This document shows positions 14,248 through 28,739 of a stretch of DNA of 64,000 nt, one piece after another. The stretch is from positions 90,024,001-90,088,000 of the forward strand of contig NC_043002.1 of the NCBI RefSeq assembly GCF_006345805.1, in the 5' to 3' direction. The DNA is from Octopus sinensis. Lineage: Eukaryota. Made by a program: the position numbers and the translations under genes. The notes beneath the pieces are model-generated. The model was not told the DNA's origin and made no database searches. It saw only the letters and a program-made list of their open reading frames with translations. Each line of letters begins with the position of its first letter. Positions within the stretch are counted from its first letter, which is position 1.

Positions 14248-14463
14248 CTCACTGCTATTGTTGTTGTCTTCAACAGCAGCAGCAGCAGTGGCAGCAGCAT
14301 GTTCACTCTTGGTAGCATGGGTTAGAGAGATCTGTTCCAGCATGGTACTGGCACTCTGTTGGTTATGATGATGAGGATTCTAGTTGATCCAATCAGCAGA
14401 ACAGCCTGCTTGTGAAATTAACAAGTGCAAGTGGCCGAGCACTCCTCTCTGACACGTGAACCC

Positions 14464-14464
<1 letters not shown>

Positions 14465-14547
<83 letters not shown>

Positions 14548-14617
14548 TAATGATAATATAATAATAATAATAATGATAATAATAATAATAATAATGATAA
14601 TAATAATAATAATAATG

Positions 14618-14655
<38 letters not shown>

Positions 14656-14727
14656 TAATAATAATAATAATAATGATAATAATAATAAATAATAATAATA
14701 ATAATAATAATGATAATAATAATAATG

Positions 14728-14805
<78 letters not shown>

Positions 14806-14862
14806 TAATAATAATGATATAATAATAATAATAATAATAAAATAATAATAATAATAATAATG

Positions 14863-14915
<53 letters not shown>
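14465..14915. repeat. About 450-bp (AAT)n microsatellite forming the tail of the adjacent LINE
   Basis: Direct reading; abuts the 3' end of the minus-strand CR1/L2 fragment. Confidence 0.95.
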
Positions 14916-14916
14916 T

Positions 14917-15372
14917 GTGTACAGTGCTCAGGTGCACTACAACTCATCTAAAGTGTATATATAATCAGGTGTAGTTTCGGCGGATTTCGGAAAGCATGAG
15001 GGCCTTAAAAGATGCAGTGTCATGGCAGTCAACAACTGACGCAGGCAGTTTATTCCATGCTTCAGCAACTCTGAGCGTGAAAAAATGTTTCCGAAAGTCA
15101 TGGGAGCTGTATTGTTTTCTGACTTTGTAGGCATGTCCACATGTGTTAGACACATGGAATCAAAAAGGTGTTCAGTGTTGTTGTTGGTGAGGTGGTTGAT
15201 AACTTTGTGGGTGTTTACCAAGTCCGTCGCCAAACGCCGGAGCTTCAGTGAATCCATGCCCAGGGAAACAAGGCGCTCAGAATATGGTAGGTGTCTGATG
15301 GAGGGTATGCGTTTGGTTGCACGTCTCTGGACAGATTCCAGGAGGTCAATGTTCTGTGCAAGATAGGGGTTA
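14917..15372 (-). mobile_element. CR1/L2-group LINE 3' fragment
   Basis: Encodes SLKLRRLATDL and, after a frameshift, TCGHAYK...RKHFFTLRVAEAWNKLP...FK, the typical RT C-terminal extension. Confidence 0.85.
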
Positions 15373-15841
15373 ACATAGTTCTCAGGGAGATTCAGTATGA
15401 CACAGAAAGTAACAAAGCTGGCCCTTTGAATTACAGGTCTTTACTCATTTTTGCCTGCTGAATGGACTGGAGCAACATGAAATAGTGTTTTGTTCCATCA
15501 TATCTCCTTGTTGTCTCTTGCAGTTTTTAGTCATCTTCTTTGTGAGGGCCAGGACCAGTATTTTAAAATCAAACCTCACCACAGCTCCTTCTGTCTCTCT
15601 CTTCTACTTAAATTGTTTGATATTTTCCTCCCAACTGTTTGTTATACTTCATACACATCACATGTATTTACCATCACACTCTCTCTCTTGTATACCTAGA
15701 CTAGGTTCTCTGATGCTCATTCTCAGCTCATCTGTGCTCCATCATTCATGCATGATCGTATTAAGATCCAGTGGAGTATGACAACTTCATTTCTTTCCAG
15801 TCTTTGCACATCTCCCTATAGAATACCTATGTTTTGTCACT

Positions 15842-16110
15842 ATATCACTCAGTGGTTAGAGCATCAGGCTCACAGTCATGGGGTAGTGAGTTCATTTCCC
15901 AGACTGGGTTCTGTGTTGTGTTCTTGGACAAGACACTTTATTTCCCATTGCTTCAGTTCACTCAGCTGTAGAAATGAGTTGCGATGTCACAGGTGCCAAG
16001 CTGTATCAGTCTTTGCCTTTTCCTTAGATAACATTGGTAGCATGGAGAGAGGAGGCTGGTATGCATGGGTGACTGTGCAATCCCATGGTCATTCATGACC
16101 AAAGGTGGTC
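15842..16110 (+). mobile_element. SINE family D, tail variant 2
   Basis: tRNA head CTCAGTGGTTAGAGC...GAGTTC, core GACACTTTATTTC, tail GGTGCCAAGCTGTATC...GGTCATTCATGAC. Homologous to 46499-46830 and 59325-59655. Confidence 0.75.
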
Positions 16111-16386
16111 TTTACCCTTTATATCAGTGGCGGATACTGCATAATATTTAGTTCTATCCCAGTTGATTCCAGTTTTATCCAGTTGATGTTGTGTGTCCTC
16201 CAGCAAAGTTTTGAAAATAAGTACCAAAATGGTAAACTTTGATGTAATAAAACTCTTTAAAGGTGCTGCCTGAGGGTGGTAGTTGTCCAGTAAGTGAAAT
16301 AAGTTAAATAGTCTATACATACTTATGTGTGTATTTTTGGCCTTCAAATTCTGATGGTATTGTAGAGGCACTATCATGATATATAT

Positions 16387-16616
16387 ATTTCTTTACTACC
16401 CACAAGGGGCTAAACACAGAGGGGACAAACAAGGACAGACAAAGGGATTAAGTCGATTACATCGACCCCAGTGCATAATTGGTACTTAATTTATCGACCC
16501 CGAAAGGATGAAAGGCAAAGTCGACCTCGGCGGAATTTGAACTCAGAATGTAATGGCAGACGAAATACTGCTAAGCATGTCGCCCGGCGTGCTAACATTT
16601 CTGCCAGCTCGCCGCC
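16387..16616 (-). mobile_element. tRNA-derived SINE family B, full length
   Basis: Minus strand reads GGCGGCGAGCTGGCAGAAATGTTAGCACG...GAGTTCAAATTCC (boxes A and B), then GCCTTTCATCCTTTCGGGGTCGATAAATTAAGTACC. Other copies at 41155-41385, 54388-54510, 56509-56727 and 63577-63745. Confidence 0.9.
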
Positions 16617-19383
16617 TATCATGATATACAGTGTGTCTTGTGCAGTTTTAGATGTAATGGAGCCTACCCCTCTCCTGTTCTGACCCCAGCTGATTTCTTT
16701 GAGAGGGAGAAAGAGAAAGAGAGAGAGAGAGAAGTCGCACAAATACAGAATTGATACTTTATCAGCCTTGAAAAGATGAAAGGCAAATGACCTGTTTCGG
16801 ATATTGGAACTCGGAGCAGAGAAAGCCAAAATGAATGCCAAAGGGCAATCTATTCTCTCTTGAATGTCCTTGCCTATCTCTCTCTCTCTCCCTCACACAC
16901 ACACACACACACGCACACACACACACACACACACATGTATACATAATAGTGTCATGGTGGAACCATACTACATATTTGAAATGCATGATGTAATATGAAA
17001 CCCAAACATTACTGTGTGGTCAAGGAATTTGTTTTGCAACGACATTGTTTCAAGTTCCAAGTCAGTATATTGCACCTTGGGTAATTGACTTCTACCATAA
17101 TTTTGGATTGATCCACATCTTTTGCATGGAATTTTGTTAGTGTATGGGAATCTGATGTGTATGTATATGGCGTGTTTATTTGTCTTTGTGTGTTATTTAC
17201 TATGAATTCCAAATCTTGGGATGTATGCTTTCCTGGTAGTGCTTCATGATGAAGGCAAAAGATAAAAATTTTAGGGATACGTTATTTTTCTTCCAGAAAC
17301 AACGGAGATTTTCTTTTTTATTCTTGGAACAATTAGAAAATTTTCCTACCTTAGCTACAATTACATTTTTAAGAGTTTTCTTGAAATTTCATTGTTTTCC
17401 ATTAATGAATGAATTAAATTAAATATTGCTTCTCCTGTGGCATAACTCTCCAAAAGCTGCCAGATTTAAATGTTTCTTCTATGCTATCTTTGCAACTATA
17501 GCAAACAAAAACAAACCAAGTAGTTAAGCCAGCAGTATCTGATTGACTCAACCGTTTGTCATTTATCTTTTATTTGTTTCACTCACTGGTCTATGACTAC
17601 ATTGGGGCATCACATGGAACAACTTACTCGAGCAAATTGATGTCAGTACTTATTCTATTGGTCTCTTTTGTCAAACTGCTAAATTACAAGAACAAAAACA
17701 AACCAACACCGCTTGTCAAGCAATGGTGAGGGACAAACACAAAGACACACACATAAACACATACATGCACATATGATGGGATTCTACACAGTTTTCATTT
17801 ACTGAATTCACTCACAAGGCATTAGTCAACCTGAGACTATATAGTAGAAGACACTTGCCCACAGTGCCATGAAGTGGGACTAAACACAAGACCATGTGGT
17901 TGCCAAACCAACTCCTTAACCTCACAAACTTACTTGTTGAGCACATTTTAAATCAATCTTACTTCACAGAAATTTCACATTTCATAGAAAAGCATCTTGA
18001 ATCTGTGTCATTAAAAAGCGACTTGTTATCTATATTTTGCTGTGCTTTTTACCAAATCTATTGCACAAAGTTTAAATTTTCTACAATTGTATCTGCGCCA
18101 CCTGCTTTTGCAAGTTGGTAGCCAATATAATATGAAAATAAAGAATTTTTTTTTTTTATAAATGATGAACATGTAGCTTGTTAAATTAAATTTCAAAATC
18201 TTTCTTTCATAATATTCTTGAGCTTCTTTTTTTTTAACGTAGTTTCTAAATGTCACTTTTCCTTCAGCTGGATTTAATATGCAATTATTTTAAATGTTTC
18301 CACATTTAATACAAAGTCCTCTAGGTGCAGTCATCTCACCTGTCCAAGTGAAACCATAAGCAATAAAAGTTTCATTATTTACTATTTTCTTACTTTGTTC
18401 ATCTTGTTGCTTTCATGAAAATGAATTGACTGTAGGTTCAAGCTGAGTAACACCTCTTTCATTCATGTTGCCTGAGTTTGGTCTCTTAACACATGACTTA
18501 TTATTGATTTTTAACCGTTTAGCCACCAGGGATATAAACGGAGAGATTTATTGATTATATAAACTATAATTGCCAAAAACATCTATCTTCACTTCCCTTG
18601 CATATTCCAAAAGTCACTAAACTATTTAACACCAATATTGTGTGCTATTTTTAACGATCGTTTTGCATTTATTGTTATCTAAACCAATAGCAATTGTAAA
18701 TCATTGCCTAATATTATCCTGAGTTGCCAACTTTCAGCAGTTCTTCAGGAATATATCCAAAATTAATATTCTTACGTAAAAACTGAAATATTTATTATTC
18801 AAGTTAAAATTACAGTGAAAACCCTTTATAAATTTGTGTTATGTCTCTGTGTGCCCCAGAGGAAGTCTATGCCCCACAGCTGCATCATTTTTCTTCCGCT
18901 TGTGCATGTAGCTGTGTATGAGCATATCATCATCATCATCATCATCATCATCATAATCTTCATCATCATAATCCTAATCATCATTTAACATCCGTTTTCC
19001 ATGCTGGCATGGATTGGACAGCTTGACAGGAACTGGCAAAGCCAAGGGCCTTACCAGAATTCCATAGTCTGTTTTGGCTTGGCTTCTACAGCTAGATGCC
19101 TTTCCTAATGCCAACCACTTTACAGAATGTACTGGGTGCTTTTTATGTTGCACCAACAGCTACACCAATGCTTTTTACATAGCACCTTGGTTTTAGGATT
19201 TCAATTCTATTGTGGTGGATGACTGACCACTGGGTGTGTGGGGGAAACATTGGATATGATGGTGGTGGAAGGTAGAATAAAGGTAGGGGAAAGAGTTGTT
19301 GGATGGAAAAAGGAATACCCCTTGGGTATATGTATGTGTTTATACATGCATATATTGTATGTGTGTATTTATGTTATATATAA

Positions 19384-19771
19384 CTAGCAGTATCGCCCGG
19401 CGTTGCTCCGGTTTGTAAGGGAAATAACTATATAAGCATTTTTAGAGATGTAAAGTATAATAGCCGTCTCAATATGGCTAACCACAAAGGGTGGGGGTTA
19501 CTGTAGCTTTTTACATTCTGAGATTTAATAATACATTTTTAGAGAGTTACTTCCCTTATATAATAGCAAAAAAATGCATTAAAAATGGGAAAAAATGATG
19601 GTAAATTTTTTTAAAAAATCGTAGACTCATGCGCTAATACCCAGAAGGGCTTGATATGAATCACGACTATAAGATACCCGCTTTTGGTTACACTGCATCG
19701 CAAAATGTGGGAGTAGTTAGGAATCTAAATCATAGGAGACAGACACACAACTTCACTTTTATATATAAAGA
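19384..19771 (-). mobile_element. Non-autonomous Helitron
   Basis: Minus strand starts TC(TTTATATATAAAAG) and ends with hairpin-like GCAACGCCGGGCG then CTAG. Inserted between A and T with no TSD. Confidence 0.8.
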
Positions 19772-20264
19772 TTATACATGCACACACACACACACACACA
19801 GATGCATATTGCATATGCATGTATGTTTCATAATTATTTTCCTTTAACATCCATATTTCATGCTTGCATGGTTTGGACAGTCTGGATCCGATAGGCCCAA
19901 GGGCTGCATTGTGGTCAACTATCTTCTTTGGCGTGGTTTCTACAATTGGGTATTCTTCATAATGCCAACAACTTTACTGTGGATATTGGGTGCTTTTTAG
20001 ATGCTATCAACTCTTGTGATTCCACCATACAGTTTGTGAGACTATGAACCTTGAGGAGGCAATTTTCTGATAAAGAAATTGAATGTATGTAATAGAATAT
20101 GAATTATGTTAGACTTTCACTGGTTTTACTAATTTTGGTTGTTAGAATTTAAACTCAGTGCACGAAGCCATGAAACCCACACACAGTATTTGTTCTGATG
20201 CTCTACTGATTCTGCCATTCACCATCATGAGTGTCTACAGTCAAAACATGTATATCTTTATCTT

Positions 20265-20526
20265 TTATCTGTTATTCGATTCAGTCCTTAGACTGTGGCC
20301 ATGCTGGGGTACCGCCTTGAAGAATTTATAACCAAATGGCTCAATCCCAGTACTTATTTTTCTTTAAAGCCTTGTACTTCTTCTATCAGTATCTGTTGCC
20401 AAGCCACTAAGTTACAGGGGTGTAAACACACCAACACTGGTTGACGTTGTCAAGCAGTGGTGGGGACGAACAAACAGACAGACAGACAGACACACACACA
20501 CACACACCACACACACACACACACAC

Positions 20527-20570
<44 letters not shown>

Positions 20571-20705
20571 ATGGATTTCTTTCAGTTTCCATCCACCTTA
20601 TCTATTCCCAAGGCACCGGTGGGCCTTAGGCTATAGTAGAAGGCACTCGCCCAAAGTGCCATCTAGTGGGAACCATGTGGTTGGGAAGCAAGCTTCTTAC
20701 TACAC
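20265..20705 (-). mobile_element. SINE family A, diverged
   Basis: Reverse-complement match with an internal (CA)n tract. Confidence 0.75.
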
Positions 20706-21773
20706 AATCAAACCTTTTGAGATAATGGTCACTGTTTCAGAGCCCCGGTGTATGAGTCTGTTTGTGTTTCTAAACCTGTGTGTGTGTGTCAGAGTTTGTG
20801 TGTATGTTTCTGAATGTGTGTCAGAGCCTCTGTGTATATATGCATCTGAGTCCATGTATTTCTGAGCCTGCGCTTGTCTGAGTCAGTGTGTTTCTGAGTC
20901 TCTGTAAGAGCATCTTAACACTCCATTATTCCTTACTCAAGAAAGTATTGTATGATTTTATGGAGATTGGCTGCTATTTCTAGCAGATCAAGGAGCCATG
21001 TAGAAGCTCTATCAATTTTATATCAAGTATGTATGGTAGAACAACTGTGATATAAAGATTAGATTTATTCACTTTGCTGCATAAGTAGTCAAGAATATTG
21101 AAAGAAAGAAGAAAGGAGTAAAATTAAATTTAATGCCACAATTCTCTTGTAGTATCTGAAACTAAGAATAAATGGCTGGTTTGATGCTGAAATAGAAAAC
21201 AGGAGATATCAGCAGCAGCAACAACAACAACAATTGAATCAAAGAATAACATTTAAAAATGGAAATGTTTCTTCATAGTCTATTTTTTAATAATAATATT
21301 GTTGTTATATCTTCAGTTCACCTGATGCTATAGTTTTGCTGTTGTAGCAGCTGTTATGATAAACAGTCTCACCAAGAACTTCCATATATTTTGGGGGTTT
21401 TATTCTCAAGAAACAAATATAGAAAACATAGTCTTTTCCAATATATGATACTAGGAGATTCTTGTTTGATTACACACACACACACACACACACGTGCACA
21501 CACACACACACAGGGATAAATATGTATACATACATACATACATACATACATACATACATACATACATACATACATACATACTTACTCCCCATCAATACAC
21601 AAGCATATAGATGTGTGTATGTATAGTCACCACATACATATGTCCATGTATATATATGTGTGTGTATATATTGTCTATTCACATGCACTCACACACACAT
21701 CTATCTATATATATTTATATATATCTGTCTATACATTCACACACACACACACACACACCACACACACACACAC

Positions 21774-21826
<53 letters not shown>

Positions 21827-22134
21827 TTTCTTGTTTCTTATTACTATTTAATCCAATAGTTTTCTTTCAGTTTTCTATATTTTATTTTCCAATTTACTTT
21901 TATTTTTCTTCATTCCAATCTAATTAGAGTAAGTATATGGACTGATGTTGCTGTGTGCCATGAAAAAAGCAATGTTGTCTTTGAATCTTTCGCATTTCTA
22001 TTTGTTTACCTGCTGTGAAGAAATAGGCAATAATGAGAACGGTTAGTACCATAGTATAGTGTAAATGTGAGATACCAGCAAGCTGAGTCTCTGTTCTTTT
22101 GGTGGCTGTTGTTGATAGAGTATGGTATGTCATA

Positions 22135-22966
22135 TACGAGGAAGTATCCAAAAGAAACTGGAATTTTACAATATTATTTCGTTCACTTAGTTTTGCGTGT
22201 TCATACTTTTATTGTCTTCAAAGTATTCTCCATTTGAAGCAATGCATTGGTTCAGGTGTGTTTTCCACAATTTGAAGCAGTGCTGGAACTCTTGTGACGT
22301 GAAGCCTTTTAATGCCTTTGTCATGTTTTTTTCTTCACCTTTTCCACACCTGCAAATTCTATAGCACCAGCTTTTGTCACCAGTGATGACCTTTGAAAAA
22401 GGTCTGGATCAACTTCCAACTGTTGTTTCAGTTCATGACATGCATTCAGGTGTGACTGCTTTTGTTCTTCCGTAAGCAAGTGAAGCACAAATTTTGCTGC
22501 AACTCTTTTCATTTGCAAATTCTTGCTCAAAATTCGTTGGCAGGTGCTCCAGGACACACCAGTCATATGAAATTCATCAATTGTTCGGTGACGGTCCTCT
22601 TAGATCAGTTCATGAATTTTCATGATGCTTTCATTTATTTAGGAGGTTGACAGTTGTCCTGAATGAAGTTGGTCCCCAAGCGACAAGTGACCATTTATAA
22701 ACTTGTGTATTGCTCATGGTAGTGCCTTGTAAGCTGTTTCAAGCATGACAAATTTTTCAGCTGCCATTTTCCCCAGCAGAAAACAATTTCATGGACATGC
22801 TGTCTCTTTGTTTCAGCAGGGGAGAAGCACTGCAAAACAAAGATGCGCCATGTTGCAGTACAACAGAACCAGACATTGCTGGTAACTTCTAGCAGCAGAA
22901 GCCTGAACTACCATGGGTTTTGTCTTACAGAGAATGTTTCCAGTTACTTTTGGATACCCCTTCACA
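22135..22966 (-). mobile_element. Defective mariner element with both TIRs
   Basis: TIRs TACGAGGAAGTATCCAAAAGAAACTGGAA and TTCCAGTTACTTTTGGATACCCCTTCACA. ORF 22321-22566 (RILSKNLQMKRVAAKFVLHLLTEEQK) matches the mariner HTH/WVPHEL linker. Catalytic core deleted. Confidence 0.88.
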
Positions 22967-23159
22967 GTGTGGGAAAGTCTGGTAGTGCTGCTGTTTTTCT
23001 CTTAGAGTGCTCCTGGAGACGTCTTTGTCATGTGGTGTAACACTGGGGAATGTCCGAGAGTGGTGCTGTCTTTCTCACCAAATAAAATTTTGGAAGGGAC
23101 TTGTTTTAGCACTACAAATTAATGAAACATTTATCAATCAATGGACAATTAATTGGTGC

Positions 23160-23542
23160 AGGCATAGCTGTGTGGTTAGGAAGCAGACTTTGGAATCATG
23201 AGGTTTCAAGTTCAGTCCCATTGCATAACAACTTGGGTAAGTGTCTTCTACTATAGCCCCAGGGCAACAAATTCCCTGTGAGTGAATTTGATAGATAGAA
23301 AGTGTGTGGAAGTGCATTATGTCTGTGTGTTTGTCTTTGTCTATGTATCTGTGTTTGTCATCATAATCCCCTACTGGTTGACAACTGGTGTTGGTTTGTT
23401 TACATCCCCATGACTTAGTAAGTTGACAAGAGAGATCAATAGAATAAATACCAGACTTAAAAGGTATGTACTGGTAAGATTTGTTTAACGAAGGTGGTGC
23501 CCCAGCATGGCCACAATCTAATGACTGAAACAAGTAAAAGTT
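23160..23542 (+). mobile_element. SINE family A, diverged
   Basis: Head and tail match 671-1112. Confidence 0.78.
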
Positions 23543-23734
23543 AACTCCACAGTGTTACCAATGCATTTAGCTGAACTATATCTCTGAAGAAGTATGTTAG
23601 AAAAAGCAGCTAATTGTTCTGCTAATTGCACACTACTTTATTATATAAAAGAGGAAATAACGAAAAGTATACTCCTAAATATACAATACCCAGAGAATAG
23701 ATAGAAAGGCCCATGCTGGAATATCTTGGATCAC

Positions 23735-24127
23735 AGGTCTGCTTAATCAGACAACAATGACAATGGAAAAGGCATTGGCAGGGCGATGCATACCTTGCGC
23801 ACACTCAAGGATAGAATAAAATTTAATTTAATAAATACATTCTCAGACGAATTCATATTTCAGCAAAATGACATCAAGAGTTATTTCCCCTGCTTATTTG
23901 TGTATACGTAACAGAGAAAAAAAAAACGTTTTGATATCCCCGTCAGCTAGTTTTGAAGATAATCAAACCAAAATTTAATGAGTTTGAGCTGCTCACCCAA
24001 TGAGTATTTCTACCAAACTTGGTGAAAATCCATTCAGCAGTTTTCCAGTGATTTTGCAAACACACAGACAAATAGACTATGACGAGCAACTACAATAACT
24101 CAGCTTTGCTTACGCATGCAGGGTTAA
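23735..24127 (+). mobile_element. Putative Helentron-associated (DINE-1/HINE-like) element
   Basis: CCAAACTTGGTGAAAATCC core, then ACACACAGACAAA and a short 3' hairpin-like end. A similar core is at about 51290-51360. Confidence 0.4.
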
Positions 24128-24249
24128 CAACTTTATCATATGTGTATTATTAATTTTAGGAGGACCGTGATGTGCCTTTGCCATGGACTAAATAGAACTC
24201 AGATCATTTGGTTTTGGAATTTGAATTATTGAGTTTCTGTCATGTATGT

Positions 24250-24281
<32 letters not shown>

Positions 24282-24699
24282 TTGTTCATGTTTGTTCCCC
24301 ACTACTACTTAATAACTGATCTTAGTTTGTTTATGTCCTCATAGCTTAGTGGTTTGACAAAAGAGACCAATAAAATAAGTACTAGACTTAAAAGATAAGT
24401 ACTGGGGTTGATTTCTTTTTCAACTAAAACCCTTCAAAGCAGTGCTACAGCATGGGCTGCAGTCCAATGACTGAAGCAAGTAAAATGTAAAGGTAGTTGC
24501 AGGAGAGGAGGAAGTACTCATGACTTATGTTGAAACTCTCTCATCTCGGTGACCTTTGCAGGACCTTAATGACCTTTGCAGGCCATCCCACAATATGGTG
24601 CTTAATGTTCACCTGTTTAATGTGAATGCCAGCAAGTGTAGGACTAAGAGGGGACTGAGAGGTCTGGAACATAGTAAACTCTACTAAAGACATCCAAGG

Positions 24700-25470
24700 A
24701 TCAGATGACACCTTAAACCTAAACAATTTATGCAAGTAAAGGCCCTGGACATTCAGGTATTACTGTTGAGATGCATAAAATTTTTGGCAGTGGAGGATAC
24801 AGCTTCGTTAGCTCAGGTTGTACAAGGTGTCATACCCAATGGCTGGTGTAGCAGCACCATAGTCAACTGTTGCAAAGGTAAAGAAGTCTTAGAGAGAGGA
24901 AATTACTGATCTATCAAATTGCTGGACTAGGTCATAAAAGTTACAGAAAGAATTATTGCTCACTTAATTAGAGAGAGAGTTGAGTGTTAGACTAAATGAG
25001 ATGCAGTTTGGGTTTGTGCCAAGGAAACGTACAACTGATGCTCTCTTTCTGTTAAGGTAACTGCGGTAATAATATTAAACCAAAAGTAAGCCACTGCACT
25101 TAGCATTCATTGACCTGGAGAAAGCCTTTGTTGGTGACCCTCACTCTATGATTTGGTGTTTTCTGAGGAAGCTAGAGACAGATGAATGTCTTGTGAAAGC
25201 CATATACAGAGCTGATAGTAATGACAAATTTTGCATACAAATAGGAGTTCATCAGGGCTTAGTTCTCACTATCCTCCTATTCATTATAGTCTTCCTGACC
25301 ATTACAGAGGAGTTTATAACTACTTACCTGGAGTATGTGTTATATACTGACGACCTCATAACTGAATCTGTAATGGCATTTATGCAAATAAGCAGAAACC
25401 GGAATCAAAGGATCTCAAAGTTAAATTGACAAAGACTAGTTTTAGTAAGTAGGAAAACAGACAGGATTGA
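24700..25470 (+). mobile_element. RTE-clade LINE reverse transcriptase pseudogene fragment
   Basis: Decayed motifs GNY.SIKLL, MQFGFVPRKRTTDA, AFIDLEKAF, GVHQG.VL...LF and LYTDDL, with multiple stops. Confidence 0.88.
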
Positions 25471-26879
25471 AAAAGAAACATGCAGACTTTGTGGCTAGTT
25501 CAATCTGATTTATTCCTATATTCTGAAGGTGTATTATTAAATTTGAAATCAAATTAGTCAGATTATATCATGATACTACAAGAACAGAATTTTTATACAA
25601 AAAAAATCTGTTTTACTTAATTCATTTCCAATGAATTTCTACAAACCATGAAAATGTGTTTATCAAGTGGGACAAAAGCAAAAAAAAGAAAAAAAAGTAC
25701 ATGTATGTACACTCACACATATATGTATACACAAGCACATGTATACACAAATACATACCACACACACACATGAACACACACACACACACACACAAATCAC
25801 ATGATGGCTATCAAGTTTCATTTGCCTTCAGTTAGTTTTTCACGTTTACTATATAAGTGTTTTATTTTCCCTGGTTTCAACCACTAATTGTTGTTCTAAG
25901 TCTACTGTAGTGCCACTGAAAATTCTCTTTACTGTATTGGTTGTATAAATCACTTTTACTGCTTCATACACAGTTTTCAGAATCAATGGATGTTTTATTA
26001 GGTATGTGTGCATGTAGGAGGAACTTTTAGTATTAGTTGCAAATGAAATAACTCATTCATGTATATTCACCTTTAACCATTTTATGTGTGTGTGTGTGTG
26101 TGTGTCTAGCAGCTATAATTGACTAACGAACTGGTGTTAGAGAATAACAGGAATCGCAGATGTAAAAGAGGTGATACCATAAACATCATTTATTTCTCTT
26201 TTGGTAAATGAATATTTTCATAATGATATTCTTAATGAAATGCACTGTGTTTTGATTAATTTTGAAAATAATCAAGAATTTGAAGAAATTTACTAAAATC
26301 CATTATTGAGCTGGTGTTGGATAGGTAACAAAAAAATCTCTTGACAAAAGACTGATGGGAGGTTGTAATTTAAATATAAACAGATATGGCTGTGTGGTAA
26401 GAAGTTTGCTTTCCAACTCCATCATTCCAGGTTCAATCTCATTACATTGCACTTTTGGCAAATGTCTTTTACAATAGCCTCAGCCTAACCAAACCCTTGT
26501 AAGTGGATTTCCTTGATACAAGCTGGAAAATAATTGTCATTTATCTATCATCATCATCATCATTTAGCATCTGCTTTCAATACTGCCATGGGCTAGACAG
26601 TTTGACTGGGATTGGTAAGTTGGAGAGCTGTACCTCGCTCCAGTCTGATTTGGCTTGGTTTCCATGGCTGGATGCCCTTCCTAACACTAACCACTCCAAG
26701 AGTCTAGTGGGTGCCTTTTATGTGTCACCAGCATGGGGGCTTTTTATGTGTCACCGGCACTGGCCACATCTATGATTTCACTTGTCTTGACATGTCTTCT
26801 CAAGCACAGGAAACTGCCAAATTAATAAATGATAATTTTAAAATTATCTCACTATTTTCTTATCTTATATATATATATA

Positions 26880-27733
26880 TAACAGGAAGGTTATATATAT
26901 ATATATATATATATGGTTTATATAATGGATTTGAGTATATTTGTACTATTTCAAATTTTTGATTGTATTATTCATGAATGGAATCGTATTGAGTATATTA
27001 ATTAGACGCTAAAACATATTAATACATTAAAAATCAAGATAGATTAACATAATTGTTGAACTTAGTAATTTAGTTTGTTTATCAATATTAGTTAGATCTT
27101 GTTATTATCTTGAGTTTGATCATTGTTATTATTGTTATTGTTGTTGACTGGTTTTGTAGAGGACTGGTGATTGTGATTGTACATCTTCATAGTGTATTGT
27201 TCTTTGGTTCTAATATTTTTGCACCTTAATTTAATTTTGGGGTTGATAGGTTTTCTTACTTTCCATTAACATATTATTCTCACTATTATATCTTTTTATA
27301 TATATTGAGAGATATAAGTTACGATAGATATTAATTCTTATCTCTCTCTCTCTTTTTTTTTAATATATATATATATATATATATTTATTTATAAAGGGAT
27401 CTAACATATTACATTTAATTTAATTTGAGAATTAATTTCATCAGATAATATATTATTTTATTATTAGGTGGCTTATGTATTTGTAATATTAAATTTTAAG
27501 TTAATTAGGTATTATATTATTTGATATTTAGTCAACTTTGTTATAGATTGTTATATTAAATCTATAGATACTACACATGTATATTTATTATATGGTTAGC
27601 TTATCTATATTTGAACCATTTCTTATTTTGATTACAATTTAATGACTTGTACTAGCTTTGTGTATTTTATTTAATTTTAAAGTATTTAATAATTTAAGTA
27701 TTATTTTATTTTACACTTATGTATATTTAGTAT

Positions 27734-27785
<52 letters not shown>

Positions 27786-28160
27786 GTATATTTATTAATT
27801 AATTATTTTATTATTCTAGTTTATTCTTAACCTGATGAGTGGCTATGTTTATATCGAAGTGATTTTACTACTACTATAATAATTTCTTAAATATAGCTAT
27901 GAAACACGTGTCGTTATCTTACCTATTATATACGTTTTTATTATTATTTTTTGCAATTTACTTAATCATTGACATTTTATTGTTATTTTAATTTTAATAT
28001 TTCTATTATACGTAATTTTCTAGATGGTGTAATTTAATTGTTCATTTTGAATTGATAAAAGGTGGATTTTTTCTAATTTTTTATATATATATTATATTGT
28101 GTGAAATTTGATTTAGTATTTCTAAATTGAATTTTTTCCTTGTAAGTTTGGATTTTATTC
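26880..28160 (+). mobile_element. AT-rich HHR-bearing element (Penelope pLTR-like) between (TA)n tracts
   Basis: Contains the HHR at 27828-27916. The end motif TTTTCC.TGTAA.TTTGGATTT.ATTCCCT is shared with 63136-63165. Confidence 0.5.
27828..27916 (+). ncRNA. Minimal type I hammerhead ribozyme
   Basis: TAAC-CTGATGA-GTGGCTATGTTTA...TAAATATAGCTAT-GAAAC-ACGT-GTC^GTTA. Four-bp stem I, 13-bp stem II, palindromic ACACGTGT stem III, GUC triplet. Confidence 0.8.
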
Positions 28161-28411
28161 CCTCAAATAATAATTATATATATACACATTTATATACTTA
28201 TATCTATATATACATTCATACTTACATTTATACACACAAACACACATATATATTTTTACACACACAATTATGTATGTATAATTTTCACCTTAAAAGCTAT
28301 TTTTCATATGCTGGCCACTGATAAAATTTTTGAATAATATTTTATCCTTATATTAGAGTTCACACACACACACACACACACCACACACACACACACACAT
28401 ATGTATATATA

Positions 28412-28570
28412 GGCGCAGGAGTGCCTGTGTGGTAAGTAGCTTGCTTACCAACCACATGGTTCTGGGTTCAGTCCCACTGTGTGGCAACTTGGGCAAGTGT
28501 CTTCTACTATAGTCTCGAGTTGACCAAGGCTTTGGGAGTGGATTTGTTAGATGGAAATGAAAGAAGCCCG

Positions 28571-28575
<5 letters not shown>
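28412..28575 (+). mobile_element. SINE family A 5' half (a second 5' half lies at about 28810-28950)
   Basis: GGCGCAGGAGTGCCTGTGTGGTAAG head running into (TA)n. Confidence 0.85.
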
Positions 28576-28654
<79 letters not shown>

Positions 28655-28669
28655 TATATTATGTATATG

Positions 28670-28739
<70 letters not shown>

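Noticed and set aside
17241-17310. Possible decayed hammerhead (ATGATGA-AGG...CCA-GAAAC-AACGGA)
   Set aside because: A stem II can be drawn, but C3, the stem III palindrome, the NUH triplet and stem I are all missing. Too weak to call.
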